A DNA stretch of 64,000 nucleotides from an uncultured Chloroflexia bacterium. Lineage in GTDB: Bacteria; Chloroflexota; Limnocylindria; Limnocylindrales; CSP1-4. Positions 10,537 through 24,206 of this stretch are shown here, in pieces. The translations under genes and the position numbers were made by a program. The stretch covers positions 32,001 through 96,000 of the forward strand of contig CAVTHS010000014.1 of the NCBI GenBank assembly GCA_963734535.1, written 5' to 3'. Each line of letters starts with the position of its first letter. The first letter of the stretch is position 1. The notes under the pieces are model-generated. The model had not been told where the DNA came from. It was given only the letters and a program-made list of their open reading frames with translations, and made no database searches.

Positions 10537-10762
10537 GCCCGTTGACACGCCGGGTGGGCCGGACGGACGATCCCAGTCCGCATCGACCGCGGACCAACGA
10601 CGGGGACCGTTGCCCGCGTGGGGCCCAGGGGAAACCCGGCCACGAACCGCGCCGGCAGCCTGAGACCGTCGATGTCACGTCGGCCGCGTGCGAGTCGAAC
10701 ATCGGCCGGGAGACGGCGCGGTCGGGAGCGAGGCCGGAGATTCCAGCTGGAGGGTCCGGAGG

Positions 10763-11537
10763 CTGCACGATCGCGCGCCGCTCCCGGCTGATCCGTCCGG
10801 GTGCCCCGCCCTTCCGGCGGATGCCCGCGTCGCCCTCGACGAGGGCCTGGCGGCGATGGGTCTCGGCAGTCTCCCGTCGCCGGCCGTGGCGGCCCTCGCC
10901 GACCACCTGCGCATGCTCCTGGCGTGGAACGCCGCCGTGAACCTGACGGCGATCCGCGATCCCCTCGCGAGCGGTGTCCGCTCACGTGCTCGACGCCCTG
11001 TCGGCGCTGCCCGTGCTCCGCGCGCGCGGCATCCGCGCGCTCGTGGACCTGGGCTCGGGCGGCGGCTACCCCGGCCTGCCGCTGGCGATCGCGCTGCCCG
11101 CCGAGCGCGCACTGCTGGTCGAATCGATCGGCAAGAAGGCTCGCTTCCTGGCGACCTCGGTCGCGGGGCTGGGCCTCGCCGGGCGCGTCGACGTCGCCGC
11201 GGAGCGGGCCGAGGCGCTGGCTGCCGACGGGCGCCACCGGGAGCGCTGGCCGGCCGTGACGGCGCGTGCCGTGGGATCCCTCGGGGACCTCGTCGAGCTC
11301 TCCTTCCCGCTGCTCGCGCCCGGCGGCATCCTCGTGGCGTGGAAGGGGCCGGCGATCGGCGAGGAGCGCGACCGGGCGATGCCCGCCCTGGCCGCGCTCG
11401 GTGGCGGCACGCTCGAGGTCATCGACGCGGCGCCGCCGGCGCCGGCGGGCCATGTCCTCGTGGTCTGTCGCAAGGCGGGCCGTACCGCTCGCGCCTGGCC
11501 ACGGCCTCCGGCGGAGCGAACCCGCCACCCGTGGTGA
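10763..11537 (+). CDS. rsmG: 16S rRNA m7G527 methyltransferase RsmG (frameshift near 10970; start uncertain)
   Basis: Frame 1: LLAWNAAVNLTAIRD. Frame 2: HVLDAL..VDLGSGGGYPGLPLAI..ES..KKARFL..RAE..VTARAV..WKG. Confidence 0.88.
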
Positions 11538-11575
11538 GCGATGGATCCACCTCGCGAGGCTGCTAGGCTCCCCTG

Positions 11576-12298
11576 ATGCGGATCGCGGTCCTCTCGGACA
11601 TCCACGCCAATCTGCCCGCGCTCGAAGCCGTGCTCAAGGCTCTCGGGCACGTCGACGCCGTCTGGCACCTCGGCGACGTGGTCGGCTACGGGCCGCAGCC
11701 GGACGAGGTCGTGGCGCGCCTGGAGGAGCTCGGCGCGGTCGGCGTGCGGGGGAACCACGACGCGGCTGCGCTCGACCCGGAGATGGCGGAGTGGTTCAAC
11801 CCGGACGCACGCCGCGCCATCGAGTGGACGGCCCGGCGGATCAGCCCGGCCACTCGTGCCTGGCTCGGCGCGCTCCCCGATCGGCGGGAGCTCGAGGGCC
11901 TGACCCTGGTCCACGGCAGTCCCCGCGACCCCACCTGGGAGTACGTGATGACGGGGACCGAGGCCCGCGCGAACCTGCCGGCGTTCGGCACGCTGCATCT
12001 CTTCCACGGCCACACGCACATTCCCATCGCCTTCCGCGAAGACGGCGGGAGGATGGAGACGCTCGGCCCGCGGGACGGCGGCTCGTTGATCCTCGACGAT
12101 CGACGGGTGCTCGCCAACCCGGGCAGCGTCGGCCAGCCCCGCGACGGCGACCCGCGTGCGAGCGCGATGGTCCTGGACACGGAGACGTCGACACTGACAT
12201 GGCGCCGGGTTGCCTACCCGATCGCCGCGACGCAGGCGGCCATGCGCGCACTCGGCCTTCCGGCTCGGCTCGTGACGCGCCTCGAACGGGGACTCTGA
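11576..12298 (+). CDS. Metallophosphoesterase (YfcE/MJ0912-like)
   Basis: SDIHAN, LGDVVGYGP, RGNHD, HGSP, GHTH, NPGSVGQPRD. Confidence 0.9.
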   Translation: MRIAVLSDIHANLPALEAVLKALGHVDAVWHLGDVVGYGPQPDEVVARLEELGAVGVRGNHDAAALDPEMAEWFNPDARRAIEWTARRISPATRAWLGALPDRRELEGLTLVHGSPRDPTWEYVMTGTEARANLPAFGTLHLFHGHTHIPIAFREDGGRMETLGPRDGGSLILDDRRVLANPGSVGQPRDGDPRASAMVLDTETSTLTWRRVAYPIAATQAAMRALGLPARLVTRLERGL

Positions 12299-12401
12299 TC
12301 GCCGGCGGCGACCGCGGCGGACCGCGGCGGTGGTATAACCATGGTCTTGCCCTCGGCCGTCGCGACAGCGCTGGCCCCTACGTTCGAGTGACAACCTTCG
12401 C

Positions 12402-14474
12402 ATGATCGGTGGTCGCCGGCCCCTGCAGGGCCGCAAGATCGGGGATCGGCGCGTCCGCGTGGATCGACCGCACTCCCCGTACTTCCGCTACACCGGCGCG
12501 GGGATGCTCACGGCGAAGGAGGCGGCGACCGCGCCGCGCACCGGCGTCGCGCTGGTCTGGTCGCACCTGCGCCGTTCTCTGTTCGGCCGTCCCCTCTCGA
12601 ACGAGGACGAGGCGGAGGAGCGCCTGCCCAAGAAGCTCGCCCTGCCGATCTTCAGCTCGGATGCGATCTCGTCGTCCGCATATGCGACGGAGGAGATCCT
12701 TCGCGTGCTCGTGGTCGCCGGGGCGGCGGCGCTCGCGCTGTCCGTCGAGGTGGCGATCGCGATCGCGATTCTTCTCACCGTCGTCTCGATCAGCTACCGG
12801 CAGGTATGCCGCGCCTACCCGTCCGGCGGTGGCGCCTACGTGGTGGCTCGCGAGAACCTCTCACAGACGGCCGGGCTGGTGGCAGCCGGCGCCCTCCTGA
12901 TCGACTACGTCATGACGGTCGCGGTCTCGACTGCGTCGGCGATCCAGCAGATCCAGTCGATCATCCCCGCCGCGTACGACTACCGGATCGAGATCGCCTT
13001 CGCGTCCATCGCCCTCATCACGATCGGCAACCTCCGCGGCCTCCGCGAATCGGGCAACATCTTCGCGTTCCCCACCTACCTCTTCGTCGCCCTCGCCATC
13101 GGGGTGGTCGTGATCGGCCTGTCGCGCATCGTCACCGGGACTGTTCCCGTGCTGCCGCCGCAGCCCGAGGTGGTACGTCCCGGCGTCGAGGTCCTGACGA
13201 TCTTCCTGCTGCTGAAGGCCTTCGCGGGCGGCTCCGTGGCGCTCACGGGCGTGGAGGCGATCGCCAACGGCGTCCCGGCGTTCAAGCCACCGGAGGCGAA
13301 GAACGCGGCCAACACCATGGTCACGATGGCGTTCCTCCTGGGGGCGATCTTCATCGGCGTCACGGTTGTCGCGCACGCGTTCGCGATCCTCCCGTCGGAG
13401 GACAACTCGGGAGGCCCCACCGTCATCGCGCTCGTCGCCCAGTCTGCCTACGGCCAGGCCTCGCCCCTCTTCTACGTCTTCCAGGGGGCAACCGCGCTGA
13501 TCCTCTTCCTGGCTGCGAACACGAGCTTCAACGCGTTCCCGCGGCTCGCCGCGATCCTGGCCCAGGACGGGTTCATGCCGAGCCAGTTCGCCTTCCGGGG
13601 TGACCGGCTGGCCTTCAGCTGGGGGATCGTGCTCCTGGCCGCCATCGCGTTCGGGCTTCTCTTCGCCTTCAACGGCGACACCCACGCCCTCATCCCGCTC
13701 TACTCGGTGGGGGTCTTCGTCTGCTTCACGCTGTCGCAGACCGGGATGGTCCGCCACTGGCTGGCCGTGCGCGAGGCCGGCTGGTGGTGGCGCGCCAGCG
13801 TCAACGCGTTCGGCGGGCTGCTCACCCTGGTGGTGCTCCTCGTGGTGGCGAGCGTCAAGTTCCGTGACGGGGCCTGGCTCGTCCTCGTCCTGATCCCGCT
13901 GCTCGTGCTCCTCTTCCAGTTCATCCACCGGCAGTACGCGACATCACGCCGGCAGCTCGCGTTGCGTCCGGACCAGGTCGTCGCTGCGCCGCATCGGGAA
14001 GAGCGCGTCGTCGTGCCGATCAGCGGACTGAGCCGGGCGGTGGTCCAGGCGGTCAACGTCGGCCGGTCGATCTCGCCCGATGTCCGGGCCGTCCTCGTCG
14101 TCGACGACCACGCCTACGCGGAGCAGGTCCGCGACGAGTGGGCGCGCCAGGTCCCGGGCGTCTCGCTGGTCATCGTGGAGTCGCCCTACCGGGCGCTGAC
14201 GGGCCCATTCCTCGCCTACCTCGACGTGCTCGACCAGGCCTGGACCCCGGACAAGGATGCGCCGATCACGTTCGTGGTGATCCCGGAGTACGTCCCGCGC
14301 CACTGGTGGGAGCGGATCCTCTACAACCAGTCCACCAGCCAGCTCCGTCGGGCGCTGCTGGGCCGCCCGAACACCGTCATCACGAACGTCCCCTATCGGG
14401 GCGAGGAACCGGCGGTCTTCGAGCGTCGTGGGCGCCTCGACCCGCACACGCCCCCGGACACCTCGGGCGACTGA
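12402..14474 (+). CDS. kimA: APC-family K+ importer, KimA/YdaO-like
   Basis: FSSDAISSSAYATEEIL, YPSGGGAY, LLIDY, GNLRG, ALTGVEAIANGV, LIPLYSVGVF, C-terminal cytosolic domain with ESPYR. Confidence 0.85.
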   Translation: MIGGRRPLQGRKIGDRRVRVDRPHSPYFRYTGAGMLTAKEAATAPRTGVALVWSHLRRSLFGRPLSNEDEAEERLPKKLALPIFSSDAISSSAYATEEILRVLVVAGAAALALSVEVAIAIAILLTVVSISYRQVCRAYPSGGGAYVVARENLSQTAGLVAAGALLIDYVMTVAVSTASAIQQIQSIIPAAYDYRIEIAFASIALITIGNLRGLRESGNIFAFPTYLFVALAIGVVVIGLSRIVTGTVPVLPPQPEVVRPGVEVLTIFLLLKAFAGGSVALTGVEAIANGVPAFKPPEAKNAANTMVTMAFLLGAIFIGVTVVAHAFAILPSEDNSGGPTVIALVAQSAYGQASPLFYVFQGATALILFLAANTSFNAFPRLAAILAQDGFMPSQFAFRGDRLAFSWGIVLLAAIAFGLLFAFNGDTHALIPLYSVGVFVCFTLSQTGMVRHWLAVREAGWWWRASVNAFGGLLTLVVLLVVASVKFRDGAWLVLVLIPLLVLLFQFIHRQYATSRRQLALRPDQVVAAPHREERVVVPISGLSRAVVQAVNVGRSISPDVRAVLVVDDHAYAEQVRDEWARQVPGVSLVIVESPYRALTGPFLAYLDVLDQAWTPDKDAPITFVVIPEYVPRHWWERILYNQSTSQLRRALLGRPNTVITNVPYRGEEPAVFERRGRLDPHTPPDTSGD

Positions 14475-14596
14475 GACGGCCGCCGACCGGCGCCCCTCGT
14501 CGAGCACGGTGGTATCGTTGAAGCCTGACGGAGCCCACCCGTCGCGGCCCGCATCTCCGGGCCCCGTCCTGCTGACCAAGAGGTCGCCCCCGCCCC

Positions 14597-15058
14597 GTGG
14601 CCGACAAGCCAGTCGCGCTCTACACCCGCGTCGTCGTCGCTCTCAACGGCGGCCCGTGCGACGATCGGATCGTCCGTCTCGTGGTCGAGACGGCACGCTC
14701 GACGAGGGCGGAGATCGTGGCCATCCATGTCGTGGAGATCGACTGGACGCTGCCCCTCGACGCCAACGTCGCCGACCGCTCGGAGAGCGCCCAGCGCGTC
14801 CTCGACTCGGCCGAGGGGATCGCCGAGCGCCTCCGCGGCACGCTCGAGCCCGTCCTGGTCCAGGCCCGCGACGTGGGTGCCGCGATCGTCGACGAAGCGG
14901 TCGAACGGGGGGCGGACCTGCTGATCGTGGGGCTTCCGTATCGGAAGCGCTTCGGCGGGGACTTCGCGATCGGGCGAACCGTCCCGTACGTGCTCAAGAA
15001 CGCGCCGTGCGCCGTCTGGGTGGTGCGCGAGCCGATGCCAGGGGAGATCCACGCATGA
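14597..15058 (+). CDS. Universal stress protein
   Basis: RVVVAL, IHVVE, AIVDEA...ADLLIVG, IGRTVPYVLKNAPCAVWVV. Confidence 0.85.
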   Translation: MADKPVALYTRVVVALNGGPCDDRIVRLVVETARSTRAEIVAIHVVEIDWTLPLDANVADRSESAQRVLDSAEGIAERLRGTLEPVLVQARDVGAAIVDEAVERGADLLIVGLPYRKRFGGDFAIGRTVPYVLKNAPCAVWVVREPMPGEIHA

Positions 15059-15543
15059 AAGCGGTCATCGTCGGCTGCGGACGGGTCGGGGGAGTCCTCG
15101 CCTCGGCGCTCGATGCGACGGGCCACGACGTCATCATCATCGACCTCCTGACCCGGGCGTTCGACCGCCTTCCGGCGACGTTCGGGGGCGAGGCCGTCCG
15201 GGCAGACGGCACGGACGAGGATGCGCTCCGCCGCGCCGGCGCCGACGGGGCGGACTTCTTCGTTGCCCTGACCGAGGGTGACAACCGCAACATCATGGCG
15301 GCGCAGCTCGCCCGCGAGGCGTTCGGAATCGGGACCGTCTACGCGAAGGTGAACGATCCGATGCGCGCGGAGGCGTATGCCGAGCTGGGAATCGGGACGG
15401 TGTGCCGGACGACGATGATGGCCGACGCGCTGCTCGGCGCGATGAAGCTCCCGGCCGGAAGCGATCCGTCGGTGCGCTCGGGCGCCGACCATGATCACCC
15501 GCCCATCGGGAATGCCGCGGCCACCGGGCAGCTGGAGGCCTGA
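15055..15543 (+). CDS. TrkA/KtrA RCK_N-only protein
   Basis: MKAVIVGCGRVG, DGTDEDALRRAG, ALTEGDNRN; ATG overlaps the USP stop. Confidence 0.85.
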   Translation: MKAVIVGCGRVGGVLASALDATGHDVIIIDLLTRAFDRLPATFGGEAVRADGTDEDALRRAGADGADFFVALTEGDNRNIMAAQLAREAFGIGTVYAKVNDPMRAEAYAELGIGTVCRTTMMADALLGAMKLPAGSDPSVRSGADHDHPPIGNAAATGQLEA

Positions 15544-15545
15544 GG

Positions 15546-16214
15546 ATGTTCGTCCTTGTCGTAGGCGGGGGGAAGGTCGGCTACTACCTGACGCGTGAGC
15601 TCTCCGAGTCCGGCCACGAAGTGGTGCTCATGGAGAAGGATCGCGGGCGAGCCGACCAGATCGCCGATGAGATCGGGTCGATCGTGGTCGCGAAGGACGG
15701 CTGCGAGGGAAGCGCCCTCGCCGACGCGGGAGCAAACCGCGCGGATGTCGTCGCCGCCGTCACCGGCGACGACGAGGACAACCTGGTCATCTGTCAGATG
15801 GCGAAGCACCATTTCGCCGTCCCGAAGACGATCGCCCGGGTCAACAACCCGAAGAACGAGCCGCTCTTCAAGCATCTCGGGGTGGACGAGCTGATCTCGC
15901 CGACCCGGATGATCCTCGGCTCGATCGAGCAGGACATCCCGGTCCACGAGCTGCTGCACCTGGCACCGCTCTCGCACGAGTTCGAGCTCGTCGAGGCGCA
16001 GCTCACCGTCGAGTCGCCCGCGGTCGGGAGGACGCTCCTGCAGCTGCAGCTGCCGAGCGGCTGCTCGGTGGTGGCCCTCGTCCGGGACGAGATCGCCCAG
16101 GCCGTGGGTCCCGATACCGTCTTCCGGGCGGGAGACAAGGTGATCGCCGCCGGCCGCGCCGAGTGCGAGCCCGCCCTCCATGGGACGCTCATCGGGGCCT
16201 TGCCGGTCGCATAG
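15546..16214 (+). CDS. trkA: TrkA/KtrA RCK_N + RCK_C protein
   Basis: VVGGGKVG, AVTGDDEDNL, IARVNNP, C-terminal TrkA_C (SPAVG..L..L..P). Confidence 0.88.
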   Translation: MFVLVVGGGKVGYYLTRELSESGHEVVLMEKDRGRADQIADEIGSIVVAKDGCEGSALADAGANRADVVAAVTGDDEDNLVICQMAKHHFAVPKTIARVNNPKNEPLFKHLGVDELISPTRMILGSIEQDIPVHELLHLAPLSHEFELVEAQLTVESPAVGRTLLQLQLPSGCSVVALVRDEIAQAVGPDTVFRAGDKVIAAGRAECEPALHGTLIGALPVA

Positions 16215-16341
16215 CCCGGCGGGTCCCGGGCGGCGTCGCGGGCCGCCTCAGGTGGCGGGGGCGCGCCGGCGCGTCGCTGGGGGTGGGCTCGCACGCCGCA
16301 ACCCAAGCGCTTCGCACCATGCTCGCCGTTCCCCGGGCCCG

Positions 16342-16508
16342 GGGCGTGCACCGGTTGATCAGTGCGACCGACGGCCGCGTCGCCGGTCGCGATCCTGCAT
16401 CACGGGCTGTGCCGCCGGACCGCCGGGCGGTCATTCGGGTCGTCGGACGCACGCTTCCGTCGTGCAGGGGCCCCCTCGCCGGTCGCAGTGGTCATGGGGT
16501 GCACACGC
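16342..16508 (+). repeat. ~165 bp interspersed element with ~25 bp imperfect terminal inverted repeats (copy 1)
   Basis: Ends GTGCAC..TGATCAGTGCGACCG and CGGTCGCAGTGGTCA..GTGCAC; aligns along its length to the reverse complement of 25147-25311. Confidence 0.75.
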
Positions 16509-16539
16509 GATCCCGTACGGACACCATCGCGCCGAACTC

Positions 16540-16569
16540 TTGACAACGACATTGTCATGGTTCCATACT
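16540..16569 (+). promoter_or_regulatory. Heat-shock operon promoter with inverted-repeat operator
   Basis: TTGACA (16540-16545), 18 bp spacer, CATACT (16564-16569); dyad TGACAA-N5-TTGTCA (16541-16557) overlaps the -35. Confidence 0.65.
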
Positions 16570-16700
16570 TTGCCCGTGTCCGGAAGGATAGCAGCCTGAT
16601 GGATCCCGTCAGGTCGACCGCGAGGCCATCGGCCCATCGTTCCGGCCACCCGCCAGCGCGGCGGGAGCCAATCCAGCCACAGCACCCGGAGGTGCCAGCA

Positions 16701-17195
16701 ATGACCATCATCCGTCGATCAAGCCCCTGGGACGACTTCTTCACGCTCCGTCGGGGCATGGAGCGGCTCTTCGACGACGACGCCAGGCCGCGGTTCTTTC
16801 GAGCGACGCTTGCCGGGGCCGAGCCGGCCCTCGACGTGACGACGAACAAGGACGAACTGGTCGTGAAGGCCAGCCTCGCCGGCTGGAGCCCCGAGGACGT
16901 GGAGATCACGCTCACCGGGAACACGCTCACGATCTCCGGCGAGCAGAAGCAGGAGGAACGCCGTGAGGAAGGCTCCTGGATCCTGAACGAGATCCGGCGC
17001 GGCAGCTTCAGCCGCACGCTGGAGCTGCCCGAGGGCCTGGTCGGCGATCGCGCCACCGCCAGCTTCGAGCACGGAATGCTCACGCTCCGCATCCCGAAGG
17101 CCGACGAGATCAAGCCGAAGCAGATCAGGATCTCGGCCACGTCGGCGCCGGACAAGCCCGAGCCCGATCTCGTCGGGGCGGGCAGCCGCCGCTGA
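16701..17195 (+). CDS. Small heat shock protein Hsp20/alpha-crystallin
   Basis: RBS GGAGG; PALDV..LVVKASLAG..DVEI..LTISGE..EIRRGSFSRTLELP..ASFEHGMLTLRIPK. Confidence 0.92.
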   Translation: MTIIRRSSPWDDFFTLRRGMERLFDDDARPRFFRATLAGAEPALDVTTNKDELVVKASLAGWSPEDVEITLTGNTLTISGEQKQEERREEGSWILNEIRRGSFSRTLELPEGLVGDRATASFEHGMLTLRIPKADEIKPKQIRISATSAPDKPEPDLVGAGSRR

Positions 17196-17207
17196 GCGGA
17201 CGGACCA

Positions 17208-17576
17208 GTGCAGCGGAGCCGGTTCGATCGGGATCCCGAGCGCCCCGTCTACGTGATCTCCGTGGCGGCCCGCATCGTCGCGGTCCATCCGCGGACGCTC
17301 CGGATCTACGAGGACGAGGGCCTGATCGAGCCGGCCCGCACGCCGACGAACATCCGCCTCTATTCAGACCACGACCTGCGCCGGATCCTGTGGATCCGGC
17401 ACCTCACCCAGGACCGGGGGGTCAACCTGGCCGGGGTCCGGATCCTCTTCGAGCTCGAAGAGCGACTCGGGGTCCGGATCCTTGAAGCCCTCTCGGACGA
17501 ATGGACTGCCGGCGACCGCGCTTCCGCGGCCACGGCCGAACCCGAACCCGAACCCGCTGGACCGCATGGGTTCTGA
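17208..17576 (+). CDS. hspR: HspR-like MerR family regulator
   Basis: PVYVISVAARIVAVHPRTLRIYEDEGLIEPART..IRLYS..GVNLAGV. Confidence 0.85.
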   Translation: MQRSRFDRDPERPVYVISVAARIVAVHPRTLRIYEDEGLIEPARTPTNIRLYSDHDLRRILWIRHLTQDRGVNLAGVRILFELEERLGVRILEALSDEWTAGDRASAATAEPEPEPAGPHGF

Positions 17577-17740
17577 CCCGGAGGATCTGACGATCGCCTG
17601 CATCGCACCGCGCCCTCGATCCGCGCAATGATCGGGATGACACCTTCCGTAGCCGCAGCGCGCCCCCGGACGGGGGCCCCGGCCATCGGGCCGGTCCCAC
17701 GAACCGGGGCGCACCAGCGTCCCAGACGCGCCAGGAGGGC

Positions 17741-20221
17741 GTGATGCCGAGAGCAAAGAAGGACGTGTCGCGACCGTCCGAGATCAGGACCCGCGAGCTG
17801 CCGCTCGTGGCCCTTCGCGAGACGGTCATCTTCCCCGAGATGATCGTGCCCCTCCAGGTCGGCCGCGAGAAGAGCGTCAACGCGCTCAACGCCGCGGTCG
17901 CGGAGGGCAGCCTCATCGCGCTGGTCACCCAGCGGCATGCCGAGATGGAGGAGATCGGCGACCCGACCGAGCTCTACCCGATCGGGACGCTCGCCAAGAT
18001 CGCCCAGGTCGTGCAGCTCCAGGACGGAACCGTCCGGGCGATCGTGCAGGGCCAGAGCCGCCTGCGCGTCCTCGGGTTCGTCTCGACCAGCCCGCATCTC
18101 GTGGCGACAGTCGAGGAGCTCCCGGACGCCTCCCCGAAGGACCTGGCCGTGACGGCCCTCATGAAGACCGTCCAGGCCCAGATGGACCAGTACGTCCAGT
18201 CGGGGGCGCCCGTTCCGCCGGAGGCGGCTGTCGCCGCGCGCAACATCACCGAGCCGGGCCTGCTCGCGGACATGGTCGCCTACAGCCCGGACATGTCGAC
18301 CGAGCAGCGCCAGGAGCTCCTGGAGACGATCGACGTCGTCGAGCGGCTGAAGCTCGTCTCGACGTTCCTCAACCGCCAGGTCGAGATCCTCGAGCTCAAG
18401 GGGAAGATCCAGAGCGAGGTCAAGTCGGAGCTCGACAAGACCCAGCGCGAATACATCCTGCGGGAGCAGCTCAAGGCCATCCAGCGCGAGCTGGGCGAGG
18501 ACGACCCGCAGCAGGCAGAGATCCACGAGCTTCGCGAGAAGGTGGAGCAGTCCGGGATGCCCGACGAGGTCCGCACGCGGGCCCTCAAGGAGGTCGACCG
18601 GATGAGCCGCATCCCGTCGGCGTCACCGGAGGTCGGCGTGATCCGGACCTACGTCGACTGGCTCGTCGGCCTGCCGTGGAACACCTCGACGGACGACAAC
18701 CTCGACATCCGCGAGGCGGCCCGCATTCTCGACGAGGACCACTACGGGCTGGACAAGATCAAGGAGCGGATCCTCGAGTACCTCGCGGTTCGCACCCTGG
18801 CCGCCACGATCCGCAGCCCGATCCTGTGCTTCGTGGGCCCGCCCGGCGTCGGCAAGACGTCGCTCGGGAAGTCGATCGCCCGCGCGATGGGCCGCAAGTT
18901 CGTCCGGATGAGCCTGGGCGGGGTCCACGACGAGGCCGAGATCCGTGGCCACCGGCGGACCTACATCGGGGCCCTGCCGGGCCGGGTGATCCAGAGCATC
19001 AAGACCAGCGGCTCGAACAACCCGGTCTTCATGCTCGACGAGGTCGACAAGCTGGGCATGGACTTCCGGGGCGACCCGTCGTCCGCCCTCCTGGAGGTCC
19101 TCGACCCGGAGCAGAACAACACCTTCCAGGACAACTACCTCGAGGTGCCGTTCGACCTGAGCAAGGTCCTCTTCATCACCACGGCCAACCTGCTCGATCC
19201 CATCCCGGCGCCCCTGCGCGACCGGATGGAGGTCGTCCAGCTGCCGGGCTACACCCAGCGCGAGAAGGTGGAGATCGGGAAGCGGTTCCTCGTCCCGAAG
19301 CAGCTCCACAACCACGGCCTGACGGAGAAGCGGATCGAGATCACGGACGACACGTTCGTGGAGCTGGTCCAGGCCTACACCCACGAGGCCGGCGTCCGGA
19401 ACCTGGAGCGCGAGCTGGCGAACATCATGCGCAAGGTCGCCCGGCAGGTCGCCGAGGGCCGCAAGCGCAAGACCATCGTCAACCGCGCGAAGCTCGTCGA
19501 CTTCCTGGGTCCGCCCCGCTTCGAGTATGGCGAGCTGGAGTCCGAGGACCAGACCGGCGCGGCGACGGGCCTGGTCGTCACGGAGGTCGGCGGCGACATC
19601 GTGGCGGTCGAGGTGACGAAGATGGAGGGCCGCGAGGACTTCATCCTCACCGGCCAGCTCGGCGACGTCATGAAGGAGTCCGCTCGCGCGGCGCTGTCAT
19701 GGATCCGCGCCAACGCCACGAAGCTCGGGATCGAGCGCGAGGTCTTCGAGAAGCACACCCTCCACATCCACGTGCCGGCCGGCGCGATCCCGAAGGACGG
19801 CCCGTCGGCCGGGATCACCATGGCCACGGCGATGGTGAGCGCCCTCACCGCCATCCCGGTCCGCAAGGACGTGGCGATGACCGGCGAGATCACGCTCCGT
19901 GGGCGGGTCCTCCCGATCGGCGGCCTCAAGAGCAAGATCCTCGCCGCGCACCTCTCCGGCGCGCGGATGGTGATCCTCCCCAGGAAGAACGAGAAGGACC
20001 TCCGGGACATCCCCGACGAGATCCGAAAGCAGATCAAGGTCGTCCTCGTCGACTCGATGGACCAGGTGCTGGACGCGGCCCTGCGGCGACATCCGCAGCC
20101 GCTCCAGCCGCGATCCCCCGGCTCCGGCGGCGACGAGAAGCTCACCGAGCCCCTCGCGGTGCCGGCTGGTCGGCCGGGCTTCCCGGCCGACCAGCCGGCG
20201 GCAATCGCGTCGGGCCGCTGA
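17741..20221 (+). CDS. lon: ATP-dependent protease La
   Basis: LON_N domain; GPPGVGKTS; [12 protein letters not shown]; PKDGPSAG catalytic Ser; GGLKSK. Confidence 0.96.
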   Translation: MMPRAKKDVSRPSEIRTRELPLVALRETVIFPEMIVPLQVGREKSVNALNAAVAEGSLIALVTQRHAEMEEIGDPTELYPIGTLAKIAQVVQLQDGTVRAIVQGQSRLRVLGFVSTSPHLVATVEELPDASPKDLAVTALMKTVQAQMDQYVQSGAPVPPEAAVAARNITEPGLLADMVAYSPDMSTEQRQELLETIDVVERLKLVSTFLNRQVEILELKGKIQSEVKSELDKTQREYILREQLKAIQRELGEDDPQQAEIHELREKVEQSGMPDEVRTRALKEVDRMSRIPSASPEVGVIRTYVDWLVGLPWNTSTDDNLDIREAARILDEDHYGLDKIKERILEYLAVRTLAATIRSPILCFVGPPGVGKTSLGKSIARAMGRKFVRMSLGGVHDEAEIRGHRRTYIGALPGRVIQSIKTSGSNNPVFMLDEVDKLGMDFRGDPSSALLEVLDPEQNNTFQDNYLEVPFDLSKVLFITTANLLDPIPAPLRDRMEVVQLPGYTQREKVEIGKRFLVPKQLHNHGLTEKRIEITDDTFVELVQAYTHEAGVRNLERELANIMRKVARQVAEGRKRKTIVNRAKLVDFLGPPRFEYGELESEDQTGAATGLVVTEVGGDIVAVEVTKMEGREDFILTGQLGDVMKESARAALSWIRANATKLGIEREVFEKHTLHIHVPAGAIPKDGPSAGITMATAMVSALTAIPVRKDVAMTGEITLRGRVLPIGGLKSKILAAHLSGARMVILPRKNEKDLRDIPDEIRKQIKVVLVDSMDQVLDAALRRHPQPLQPRSPGSGGDEKLTEPLAVPAGRPGFPADQPAAIASGR

Positions 20222-20270
20222 CCGCGGCCCGGCCGCGGGTCCGTCCCGGGCACGGCCGAGGGAGGCGACC

Positions 20271-21318
20271 ATGGAGTACAAGGACTACTACAAGGTCCTG
20301 GGCGTCCCCACGTCCGCGACGCCGGCGGAGATCAAGAAGGCGTACCGGAAGCTCGCCCGGGAGCACCATCCGGACCGGAACGCCGGGAACAGCAACGCCG
20401 AGCGCCGTTTCAAGGAGGTCAACGAGGCGCACGAGGTTCTCGCCGACCCCGCCAAGCGGGCGCAGTACGACGAGATGGGCGTCGCACTGGCAGGACTATG
20501 CCCGGGCAGGAGCGCGGCCGGGCGGCGACCCCTTCGGACCGGGCGGTCCCTTTGCGGGCTTCGGGTCGGCAGCCGGCGCGGGCCGCGGTGCCGGCGCGGG
20601 CCGGCGCTCGGGGACGAGCGGCGCCGGCGCGTCACCCGGCGGCATCCGGTTCGAGTTCGCCGGCGACGGCGGCGACTTCTCCGACTTCTTCCGGACCTTC
20701 TTCGCCGGCGCCATGCCGGACGATCTGGGCGGGTCCGCGCCCCGTGGCGGCGGGGTCGCGGCCGGCCGGGGGTCGCGCCCGCGCGGCCACGTGACCGCCC
20801 CGCCCGCCGTCGAGGCGCAGGTCGACCTGAGCCTCGAGGATGCCTTCCACGGGGTGACCCGCCTGGTCGACGTGGACGGCAAGCGCCTGGAGGTCAAGAT
20901 CCCTGCCGGTGTCGAGACCGGGAGCCGGATCCGGCTCCGCGGTCGCGGCGGCGGAGAAGGCGCCGCTGCCCGCGACCTCGTGCTCATCGGGCGGGTCGCC
21001 CCGCACTCGGTCTTTCATCGGGACGGCGCGACGCTCACGCGCGAGCTGCCGGTGACGCTCCGCGAGTCCCTCCTGGGCGCCGAGGTGCCGGTCAGGACGC
21101 TGACCGGCCGCGTGCTGCTGCGTGTCCCTGCGGGGACCCAGAACGGGCGGGTCATCCGGCTCGCCGGACAGGGCATGCCGCGCCTCAAGGGCGACGGCCG
21201 CGGCGACCTCCACGTGAGGGTCCGCGTCATCCTCCCGGTGCTCGACGAGGCCGGGCGCCAGGCCGCGGCCGCGTTCCTGGACGTGGTCGACCAGCCCGAC
21301 CCGAGGTCGGTCGAATGA
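20271..21318 (+). CDS. DnaJ-class chaperone lacking zinc finger (CbpA-like), frameshift near 20480
   Basis: J domain [20 protein letters not shown]; G/F region with FSDFF; DnaJ_C (VKIPAGV, GQGMP) in the second frame. Confidence 0.88.
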
Positions 21319-21457
21319 CCGGCCGGCCGGAAGCCCGCGACACCGGCTCGACGCCCCTCGCGCCCGGACGCCCCGAACAGACGACCTCAAGCCCCACGCT
21401 CCACGACGCGACGCTCCCCGACCCGTCACCCGCAGCCTCGAAGGATCCGACCGCACC

Positions 21458-24206
<2,749 letters not shown>

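Noticed and set aside
10615-10660. SAM-I riboswitch (GGCCC..GAAACCCGGC)
   Set aside because: It lacks the ATC..GAG P1/P2 and GGTGC..A elements; kept only as an unassigned hairpin.
12300-12401. c-di-AMP (ydaO) riboswitch before kimA
   Set aside because: The leader after TATAAC is only about 60 nt and lacks the consensus motifs.
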